Source: Octopus bimaculoides (lineage: Eukaryota). From it: a stretch of 63,958 nucleotides of DNA. The notes beneath the pieces were generated by a model. That model worked only from the letters and a program-made list of their open reading frames with translations. It was not told the DNA's origin and searched no databases. Location: positions 79,693,329-79,757,286 of the forward strand of contig NC_068990.1 of NCBI RefSeq assembly GCF_001194135.2. The letters run 5' to 3'. How positions within the stretch are numbered: position 1 is the stretch's first letter; each line of letters begins with the position of its first letter. Shown here one piece after another: positions 26,710 to 36,981 of this stretch. The position numbers were made by a program, and so were the translations under genes.

Positions 26710-27634
26710 AAGGTTCTCGACCTCTGAAGTAGTCAGTGCAAGAATCGGTGTATGTATTATTAATGGAAGCCAAATAATTTACCAGCAATGGGTAGAAGCT
26801 TTGGCAAGGGACATCTGAAAAAAAACTAATTGTTACATGCGAAATCATTCTGAACAATAGTCATAGAACAATGACCACCCCATCCCACCACTAGCATCAG
26901 CACCCAGAATGCTAACTACTTATATCATCATTACCTTTACTACCGCCTCCACCTTTAGTACCACCACACTTTCGTCACTAACCTGGCACCATAACCTCTG
27001 CTATCACAAGAGGCCTTTGTACAGTCGATCGACAAGTTAACAGTCAAATCAAAGATAACAGTCAAATCACCCCCAGATTACACTACCGCCTTTAAAAGTG
27101 ACATGATGGAGAATCTATTCCCGTATAAACAAATTACCGGGATGGTAGCGGCTAAAATGTTCTAATAACTTATAAATCTGTTCTACTTTCACCACTACGT
27201 CAATACCTTCAAGTAACACTACTACTATTGAAGTTTTGTAACCAAATGCAAACAATGGACCCTATCAAAAGCTTTTTATTCATCTAAACGGATCACAACT
27301 TGATTTGGCAAGGGCTGTGATATTGAGAAAAAAAAAACCCTCTAAGAAAATCAGGTAAAGTACAAGTAGATAAATTTGAGAAGTTTAAGAATTATATCTA
27401 ATTCCACCCCTGTTTTACGACGTAAAATTATCTCCAGAATGACTCTCGAAATTTCACGCGTCCGTACAGTTCAATAACTCTACAGTAGTTATGCCAAACT
27501 CTTTGCTAGCACCTTAACAAAGAAATTAGGTGTGTAGTGAATTGATATTTAATTTCTTTTTTTAGCAGTGAGTAAACTATGAATGAATGCTAAACATGTT
27601 TACATTTTTTGCTTGAAAACAGTGTTTTTGTGGA

Positions 27635-27711
27635 GATATACAAAACCAACGTGAAAGCGATTAAAAAGTGACTCCTTTTTTTCAACTGCTTTCACATTGG
27701 CTTTGTATGTC
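27635..27711. other. 77-bp hairpin (34-bp arms)
   Basis: Arm 27635-27668 pairs with the 3' end of 27675-27711; the 7 non-Watson-Crick positions are all transition-type. Confidence 0.75.
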
Positions 27712-27736
27712 GGTACAATAACACTCCGTTAAAAGA

Positions 27737-27792
<56 letters not shown>
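27737..27792. repeat. (AAT)n microsatellite
   Basis: Direct observation. Confidence 0.95.
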
Positions 27793-27793
<1 letters not shown>

Positions 27794-28007
27794 CAGTTAA
27801 TAAATATGAACGATAAATTCTGTAAAAAACATCACTTGTTCGAATCCATTCTTAGCCATACGATATCTCTCTTGTAATCGTTCTTTTGAAAAAAATCTCA
27901 ACTGGTTTTACGTGAATCAAAGAAATGAGCGATCAAAATGAACACTACAGCTCACAATAGTATAGGAATATACAAGGTATATGTATGAGGGGAAAGAAAA
28001 GATGAAG

Positions 28008-28009
<2 letters not shown>

Positions 28010-28057
<48 letters not shown>

Positions 28058-28155
28058 GGAGTGAGAGAGGGAGTGAATGAGTGAATGAGAAAGGGAGAGA
28101 GAGAGAGAGAGAGAGAGAGGGAGCGAGAGAGAGAGGGGGGAGAGAGATTGAGGGA
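28010..28155. repeat. (GA)n-rich polypurine tract
   Basis: Direct observation. Confidence 0.95.
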
Positions 28156-28419
28156 GAGAAGATCTGGAGAAATAAGCAAAGAAAGTAAGCAGAAAATCAA
28201 AAGAAGTAACATGAAGACATGCATGATAGCAGAAAAGGACATCTGAAAGAAGATAAAGAAAGAAAACAGAACAAGAAATCACGAAACGACCATTTATAAC
28301 TGTTGGGAATTCTAGCAGACATGTTAATTTTCTTAAATCGACTTTTCTCTGATTTATGTTGTGACTATCTTACATTCTGCGTTTAATTATTTCTTTTATT
28401 TACAGTATTGGATGATGAT

Positions 28420-29700
28420 GACATCTACACTCGTATGTCACATCAACATTTTCTGTCACATGTCGGAACAAAATGCTCGATAAGTGGTTCATATTTCGGG
28501 CATATTTTTTGGGTAGATTTGAATTGTATGTTTATTGTTTTTCGAAGAAATGTGATACATTTCCAGTCGGATTTTGATAAGGAACTAAAAAGCTTTACTA
28601 TTTCGTTTATTCATTAAGTATTTTGTTCTATATCGCTTGTGTTTGGATTGCTTGGATAAACTTCTATGGGTGAGGTGATTTAGTGGTCACTACTGTAACA
28701 GATTTTTGCTAGTCTGTTGATGTTTATATATTTATCCAATTTACTTTGAGGTAGAATTTGTTGAAAATATCTATTGTTGTGGAAAATTCCAGCTGATGTT
28801 GCAGATTTTAATGTCAATACTCTACAGTTCATTATAGTATTTCAAATGTTTATATTAGTATTAGCACTGCAGATACAAATATTGTTTTATTGTAAGAGAG
28901 AAATACCGCCTACCATATTTTGTTAAGTTTGATATAATACACTTTGGTTACTCTGAATATGTTAACATCATTCTATGATACATTTTCAACAGTACTAAGA
29001 TATTTATAGCATTCATTGCATGGAATAGGAGAGACAGAGCGAATTAGATATTTTCGGTTGGGAAAGCAATTTTTGCTATTTCTATTATTAGCTATGAACA
29101 TTTTTCTTGGACACATTTCATTCCTCTATCAGCTGCAAATGTTTACTAAATCTGGTTGTCTTCGAGCACTTGGGGCATTTCTATCATAAGTTTTAGGTCA
29201 TCAATAAATCAATTATGGGTTGTGTGGTTCTTTCTTACCCAACATAAATATTGGCTTTTGCCAAAATAAACAGTATCACAGAAATACTGTCTCACTGGAA
29301 TATTCCTTTTGAAAGATTTACAATTGTAGAGAAAGAATTGCTGCTTTTAATTCATTAGCAGCAACTAGAATAGAATTGCACTTTAATCAGGTGTAGTGAT
29401 TTTTTAGGGTAGTATAAAGCATATTTACTGCCGACTTTTTATTGGTCCATATAACTTCACGTCTGAGCCTAAACCTTCCACATGAGTAAGCAGAAAGCAC
29501 TATCTTAGGAGAGATACTCAATGTTTTACAATCAAGCTACACTATTACTGTTTCTACGTCGTTTTGCTATTTTAGACTAAACAGATGTAGTTTTTGGTAC
29601 TGCCTCCAGTTACTATATTAATGGATACACAATAGCCTTACATGAATTAGTATAAATAGCATATGGAGTCCTTGTACATAGTGTTTAGCCCAATAATTGG
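28420..29700 (-). mobile_element. Highly degenerate non-LTR relic, probably R4/Dong type
   Basis: Only weak, frame-broken resemblance to RT and post-RT motifs. Confidence 0.3.
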
Positions 29701-29797
29701 ACTATAATTTTCCATCAAGTAAGTCTTTTTTATTCTTGGACAAGAATTATGTTCGTGCAAGAGCAATATCAATTTTGATATCTGTAGTCTTTTTAAA

Positions 29798-30311
29798 TAT
29801 GAGGTCTGGGTGAAAATATCGGGACTGCTATGGTAACAGAGCTAAAGTAAACAGTGAAACTGCTTGGTGCAGGCTGAACACGCTAAGTTATAGTGTTCTC
29901 GCTCACTGCCATTTTTCATAGTAGTGCTTGGAAGTGTGTAGGATGTGGTCGTCTCATCACACCACAGAGGTTCCATCAGTGACCATAGCAGAGAAAACTG
30001 AGCAGAGGATCTGCATCAAATTTTGCCAAAAGCTTGGTCATACCTGCGTTTTTACTTCTTTTCAGAAATCAAATCCCACTTAAAAGGCACAAGATTTCAT
30101 GACGTCGAGGAAATTCAAGAGAATGAAATGAGGTAGCTTCTCTCTATTCCCCCAAAAGGAGTTCCAGGAATGCTTCCATCAATAGAAACGATGTTGGATA
30201 AAGTGCGTGGCTTCAGAAGGGGACTACTTCGAAGGAGATTAAATGCTAAATTGATGTGTTGTAGTTTTCTTTTTATACCACCAGTCCCGTTACTTTTCAT
30301 CAGGCCTTGTA
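29798..30311 (+). mobile_element. Internally deleted mariner element (copy 1)
   Basis: TA-flanked ~28-bp TIRs (tgaggtctgggtgaaaatatcgggact / agtcccgttacttttcatcaggccttg); N-terminal EQRICIKFCQKLGHT joined to C-terminal HLKGTRFHDVEEIQEN...FQECFHQ*KRCWIKCVASEGDYFEGD*. Confidence 0.85.
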
Positions 30312-30691
30312 TATAGGCCTTTTCTTTGTACCCCTGCATTGTGCAGGTTTCGCTGGATTTAATAAGAGTTTCAGCGTTATTATCATTGTGTAATACCAAG
30401 TCAGCCCTTCGATAAGATTTAACCTTACAAACTATCTCCCAATTTAAATTGTACGTATTTTCACGCGATATATTTCGTATAAACGCTAAGTGCTACGTAT
30501 TACGTTTAAAATTTTAGTTTACAGCAATTTCTCGATAAGATAAGTTGTGTTTTTATTTTAAGAAATATTGCTAAATCTTTTTCGATTATTTATTTATTCA
30601 TTTATTGTTAAAACAAGTATTTTTTTTAGATATTTAGTATAAGTTACAATACGTACATTGTTTCTATTATTATTATTTATATTTTATTTTA

Positions 30692-30807
30692 GACCTGACG
30701 AGTGACTATATTTTTAAATAGATTTAACTGTAGATCGATTTGATTATAAATCGAATTGGTTTTAGTAGTTATCTATTTGAAAATATAGCCACGAAACGTG
30801 CGTAGTC
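30692..30807 (+). ncRNA. Type I hammerhead ribozyme motif with extended stem II (Penelope-like-element type)
   Basis: CTGACGA 30695-30701; G30702:C30792 closes stem II; GAAA 30793-30796; ACG-tg-CGT stem III; GTA cleavage triplet ending at 30804; stem I gac/gtc. Confidence 0.7.
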
Positions 30808-31460
30808 ATTTTATACTATTTACCAGTTATTCTTTTATTGATTTTTTGAATAAAGTTTTTATGATATATTTATTTTCTAGAGGGTATGAATTAAATTCTT
30901 TTTTATTGAATTATTTAATAGTGGTTTTTCTCTAAATTATATATATATATCTACATATATACATAGAGAATTCTCTATCTATTAAGCTGTGCATCTTCAC
31001 ACACACACAGACACACGTACATAGCTGCTCATATATTGCCTAAGATTTTGCATGATTAGGTGAGTATGGTTAAGAGAGTTAGTTACTTCTATATACACTA
31101 AACTTGAGAAATAACCGTTATTATGAATTAGATCAGAACAGAAGCCGCTTAGTGAATTACACATTAAATTTATTGCATTACATTTGCATCTTTTAAATAA
31201 CGACTGGGAAATCACTTATTTTTCACTTTCAGTGACTAATAGTTATAGCTTCAATCAAGAGAATTCTACCTACTTTGCCTACCTTGATGGCACATCTCGC
31301 ATATCCATACGTTCATATGCTGACATACACACACGCGCACGCGTACACATACGCATACACTCTTACACATATGTGCATGCGTACACACACATGTTCACAC
31401 ATACAGGGTGCATATGAATGTGTATGTCACAGTGGGGATGATAATATTACTGCTACTGCA

Positions 31461-31678
31461 AGGTGACGAACTGGCAGAAACGTTAGCACGCCGGGCGAAA
31501 TGCTTAGCGGTATTTCGTCTGTCTTTGCGTTCTGAGTTCAAATTCCGCCGAGGTCAACTTTGCCTTTCATCCTTTCCGGATCGATAAATTAAATACCAGT
31601 TGCGTACTGGGGTCGATCTAATCGAATGGCCCCCTCCCCTGAAATTTCGGGCCTTGTGCCTGGAGTAGAAAAGAATAT
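31461..31678 (+). mobile_element. Full-length SINE family A copy with 17-bp TSD
   Basis: Matches 2081-2306; TSD aatattactgct(a/g)ctgc at 31443-31459 and 31674-31690. Confidence 0.9.
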
Positions 31679-32157
31679 TACTGCTGCTGCTGTTGCTGAT
31701 GGTGTTGATAAAAAATAAAACTACAGCAAAAAAGTAAATAAAATGAAGGAACTACAAATAAGTTATGAATCACAAAATTAATCAATTTAGTAAAGAATAA
31801 CAAGAACGCCAACAACAAACACTAAACAACAACAGCAACAGCAAAAACAACATCGATAGCAATGAGCAACAACAAATGAAAATGATAGAAAAATAAAGAT
31901 AAATACATATAATACATATAGACAAATAAATATATATAAGAAACGAAGAAACATTATCGTTAAAATATCGATGAAAACAATTCTAATGACTGCGTATGTT
32001 TGCGTGTAGCATGAATGTGATTCTATTTGAATGTGTCTGTGTGGGTGTGTGTGTTTGATATGCGCATGAGAAAGTGATATGAAAACGAAAAAAGCTATAG
32101 CAACTGATAAATGGCAAGAGAAACTGAGAGAGAGAGAGGGAAATAGAGAGAGCGAGG

Positions 32158-32202
<45 letters not shown>

Positions 32203-33179
32203 CTGAAGAGAGGAGAGAGACACAGTGAGGGAGAGTAAGAGTGAGAGGGAGAAAATGTGTTAGATACAGAGGAGTTAAGTAGATAGATTGGCTAAGAGAG
32301 TATTCGAAAATATTTAGTAGAAAAACAGTTTTACAGTTATACAGCCTATACATTTGTATTTATATTTGGTCATAGAAACAATATCTTAAGTCATTTTCAA
32401 AATATATCATTGAATTGTTTAAAACAATATATAAGACAATATTTGTGCTAGTTGGCACTCATACATACACACATATCTCGACATACACACTTAAATACGT
32501 ATATATGTGCAGTCACACATGCACGTACGTATATTCATGTACACATGTAGAGACACAAACACACGCATACACACGCTCACACACAAATGTTCGATCTTCT
32601 AGAAATAGTCGTTAAATCTCCTTGAAATCACACCCTGCCTTACTGAGTAAAGAAAAACACATTTGACAACGTAGTTCCCGAAATACTACAGACAGGACGG
32701 TCTTGGTTGGACCGGGTTTGAGTATCAGTCTACTTTGACCAGAGAATACCTTATATTTAATACCACCACCAAAAACAACACACAAATGTTAGAAATCAGG
32801 TGGATAGAAGTACGAGAAGGAAAGAGGCCTAGAAAAGAGCTTCAATTTTCTCCACTTATTTGAAATACCATACCAATTAATTGGGTCTGTTACTGTTAGA
32901 TGGCTCTGTCGCACATGGAATGGAGAACGGTATTATTGATTTCTAGTCATGGAAGAAAACTACACGTTTTGCAGGAATGTCTGGTTGTTTAACATGGATC
33001 TTAATTCCTGATAGATTTATTCTATTGAAAAGCTTAAGTTGGCTATACCATGATTTGAACTGAAAACGCAAAGGACCGCTTAGCGTTTTGTACGATGCCT
33101 GCGAATAGATGATGGTGATGATGATGAGAATAGGGATGTGGATTCTGGTAGTCCTTATATTCCTTCTCCTGTCCCTCCT

Positions 33180-33500
33180 CGTTCTCCTCCTCATCTACTG
33201 ACAACATATTTCACTTGTTTCAGGAACGCTGGCGGATGCTTTACACATCCCGTTCAATCATCAGTGTTCAAAGTTCATCGGCAGTCATGTCCATAAGAGT
33301 CTTGTCCATGGTTTTGGTAAGATTCTGATGGTTAATTTTCCAATGAGGTGATATGATAATTCGACTGAGTAGCTTTGACAATATCCTCAAATTGAAGCCG
33401 TCTTCCTGTTATCTTGTTGCTCAAACCTGCAGTCTATTTAATATTCATTTCTAGTATTGACATAAGGCCACCGATTTTGGAGGAGGGTATATTCGAATAA
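33180..33500 (-). mobile_element. Degenerate non-LTR retrotransposon fragment
   Basis: RIYPPPK/IGGLMSILE loosely resembles 'RLYLPRK.GGRGL.SIE'. Confidence 0.3.
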
Positions 33501-33687
33501 GATTGGTTACAGAACTTGTATGGTACTTCAAATCTTGTTGAAGTCAACTGTCTATTTAATCCATCAGGGGTATATGAAATAAGCAGTAATAATACATCAA
33601 AACTGATTCCATTGATTACTTCACATCCCTCCTTTACAAATATTTGGCATTATACTTTATGTCAATCCACTACTACTATTTATAGTC

Positions 33688-33938
33688 TATTGGTTTGGTG
33701 CATAATTACTGCAGCTTTTTTTCAACAAATTTTATTCAACAAAAACAATAACATGTAACAAAAATATCTTTAAATGGTTATTCCGGAGCATATTCCCCAT
33801 CTACTTCAATTACTGCTTCCCATTTGCTTGGCAGCCGACCAGACCGTCATTTAAAGATGCTTTTGTTAAATATTATTGTTTTGTTGAATAAAATTTGTTG
33901 GAAAAAAAAAGCCACAATAATTATGCACCAACCCAATA
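33688..33938 (-). mobile_element. 251-bp mariner-type MITE with ~90-bp inverted arms
   Basis: TA-flanked; termini tattgg(t/g)ttggtgcataatta resemble Hsmar1/MADE1-type TIRs; the spacer encodes RLPSKWEAVIEVDGEYAPE* (mariner C-terminus) on the minus strand. Confidence 0.85.
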
Positions 33939-34214
33939 GTAAGTTTCAATGATAATTTTGAAATAATTTAATATATACTTGATAATCGTTCCTATCATTA
34001 ATTCTCATTTGTATTGTTATGTATTTAACTGGAAATTTAATTTGTGTTAGATTCACTTTTATTAATTCATTCACTATTGTGTACTTATTTTGCATTAAAA
34101 AAATTTATTTTTATTTAAGTTTTAATATTTGTAAGCTAATCGTAATTTACATACCTTTTAAATAATATTGCATTCTATGTTAATCACACCGAGAATAAAA
34201 TATTAAATATCCAG

Positions 34215-34307
34215 TTGCGCCTGCGGGAAATGGAAGATATGGTAGCATCGGTCTTCAGCCGAACAACGGAAACTGTCAAAAGAAATTTCGTCAGAATTCA
34301 GGAACAG
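34215..34307 (+). CDS. Candidate symmetric 93-nt exon (LRLREMEDMVASVFSRTTETVKRNFVRIQEQ, or APAGNGRYGSIGLQPNNGNCQKKFRQNSGT in the other open frame)
   Basis: Sharp GC rise; CAG acceptor; CAG|GTAGGA donor; length divisible by 3; two frames open. Confidence 0.35.
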
Positions 34308-34534
34308 GTAGGAAGCCTGGAAGGTATAATCTGCTATAAAGTTACTCCAAGTCAGAAGCTGACAAATAAAAAGAAGGGCGGGAAAAGACGGGATACAATG
34401 GAAGAATAAAAATTGCATACAGAGGAAATTCTGATGGACTTTAATTATAATGTGTCCCACGTGGAGGTGAAGCGTACCGAGGTAGATAACGAAAGAACTG
34501 TATAAATGATTGTGTGTCATTGGCGTATATGGAT

Positions 34535-34850
34535 GCGTCATGACTGAATGATTAAGAAGTTCGCTTTATAATTACGAGGTCCCAGGTTCGATTCTAGTAT
34601 GTAGAATCCTGGGCAAGTATCTTCTATCATAGTCTTAGTGAAATTGAGTAGCCGAAAACTACGTGGAATCCTGTCGGATGGATTGTACTTGTATAATTCA
34701 ACGGTGCAGCTTTGTTATACAGCGTGTCATACTGAATCTGCCCGAGGATTACGTTAAAGATACAAGTATTTGCGTAATACTAGGCACCTCAAACACAAAA
34801 TTCAACGAGTCTGCTAGCTCAGTTGATCGTCGAAACTGATGGAAATCCAT
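34535..34850 (+). mobile_element. Degenerate tRNA-derived SINE
   Basis: tRNA-like head (ggttcgattc) and a 3' part resembling the tail of 6290-6636. Confidence 0.6.
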
Positions 34851-35439
34851 TTATATTGATGTTTAGAGGTGATTTTAAAACTTGACAATGGCTGTAGCTT
34901 CAGATACTCTTTCCTGAAACCAATAAAATACATCGCCTATTGATAGCTACATAAAACAATTAACTATTTTATCACATTTCTGAGATAAATATATTCGGCG
35001 ATATCTTTTATTATTTTCTTGCATGTTATCTGCATTTAAAGTTTGCTCCAGTAAACAAGAATGTTGTTTTTTATCACCTTACCCATATCTGAAGTCATAT
35101 TTTCTTGGGAATACCACCTCACCTTGCATTAAAGCAATATTCAATATCAAATATTTATTTTACTTGTTATATATAACTTAATTTTACAAGTTTCGCCCTC
35201 CACCCGTGCCCTCCACCAGGGTTTCGTACACGTTGATAGCATTCAAGAATTTCTTCACAGCCTGATAATTACAGCTTGATAATGCAGATGTAAAAACAAA
35301 TATGTACACATATACAAGCGCATGTATACACCACTCACACACAAACACACATAATCACACACATATACAAATATATGCATTAGATAAGCAATTATCTCAC
35401 GTGCTGCCACACTCACACAAACACATGGATGTATATATC

Positions 35440-35473
<34 letters not shown>

Positions 35474-35751
35474 NNNNNNNNNNNNNNNNNNNNNNNNNNN
35501 NNNNNNNNNNNNNNNNNNNNNNNNNNNNNNNNNNNNNNNNNNNNNNNNNNNNNNNNNNNNNNNNNNNNNNNNNNNNNNNNNNNNNNNNNNNNNNNNNNNN
35601 NNNNNNNNNNNNNNNNNNNNNNNNNNNNNNNNNNNNNNNNNNNNNNNNNNNNNNNNNNNNNNNNNNNNNNNNNNNNNNNNNNNNNNNNNNNNNNNNNNNN
35701 NNNNNNNNNNNNNNNNNNNNNNNTTTCTTTGTGATAATACACAGGATTATT

Positions 35752-35961
35752 CTTTTCTACTCTGGGAACAAGGCCCGACATTTTTGGGGAGGGGGCCTAG
35801 TCGATTAGATCAACCCAGTACGCAACTGGTACTTAATTTATCGATCCCCGAAAGGATAAAAGGCAAAATCGACCTCGGCGGAATTTGAACTCAGAACTCA
35901 GAACGTAAACACTGCTAAGTATTTCGCCCAATGTGCTAACGTTTCTGCCAGCTCGCTGCTT
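35752..35961 (-). mobile_element. Full-length SINE family A copy with perfect 17-bp TSD
   Basis: Reverse complement matches 31461-31678; TSD taatacacaggattatt at 35735-35751 and 35962-35978. Confidence 0.9.
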
Positions 35962-36290
35962 TAATACACAGGATTATTAAATAAAAGAAGCTAAATACTA
36001 CTCTCCTGCAGAAGCTTGTTGGGTGAGAGCGGGCATAATAATATTATCGTTATATCTTAACTGCTAAGGTTGAGTAACAAGGCATACATTCAGGCGAACG
36101 TATGTGCCCCTTACACATACATAAGAACACCCGTTCACTCACTCACTCACTCCCTCTCTATCTCACACACATGCATACGTACATACAAAAAATGTACGCA
36201 TATATATTGGTGTATGTACGTACATATGACAACACACACCTTCACTTACTCTGTCTTTTTCTCTCTCTTTCTCTTCCTCTTTTTCTCTCT

Positions 36291-36359
36291 CTCGCTTTCT
36301 CTCACTCTCTTCCTCTCTCGCTTTCTCTCACTCTCTTCCTCTCGCTTTCTCTCACTCTC

Positions 36360-36427
<68 letters not shown>

Positions 36428-36450
36428 ACACACACACACACACACACACA
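36291..36450. repeat. Three ~24-26-bp CT-rich tandem units followed by (CT)n(CA)n
   Basis: Unit ctcgctttctctcactctcttcct repeated three times, then dinucleotide runs. Confidence 0.9.
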
Positions 36451-36941
36451 CGTCCATTTCATATACACGTACATATCTTTCACTTTGTCCTCTTTTTCAC
36501 ATTAAAACAAAAGTAAATAAATAAATTTTTTACGGAAATTAACGAACTTCAGATGACGGTTCTGAGAGTTAAAGCGAATGGTCGCCGTTCACTTGAAAAT
36601 AATTAAAAAGAAACACTAGAATATTGTCTGTTTAAAGAAAGCAAAAATATAAATACTTACTGTACAAACAACTTACATTTTTGGAATCACATTCAATAAA
36701 AATATTTCTAAACGATTAAAATATTGTGTACGTCAAAATGTCGACGTTTTTTTCTTAGAGAGCGCGAAGACTATGAGTGTGTATATGTCACAGATAGCGG
36801 ACGTGTGTTTGTGTTGATTGACACGCCATGACGCGTGTGTTCTGTTTGTGTGTATATGTGTATATATGTTGACGTCACGGAAGCCATGTTTTTTTCAAGA
36901 AATAACAAACAAAAATTGTGTTTAATGGTTTTTATTGATAG

Positions 36942-36981
36942 AGGTCCAAATATCACAAAAATTTGTACTGCACTGCCGAAG
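36942..36981 (+). CDS. Candidate 40-nt exon ending at a consensus donor
   Basis: TAG acceptor and AAG|GTAAGT donor; all three frames open, so the frame is undetermined. Confidence 0.3.
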
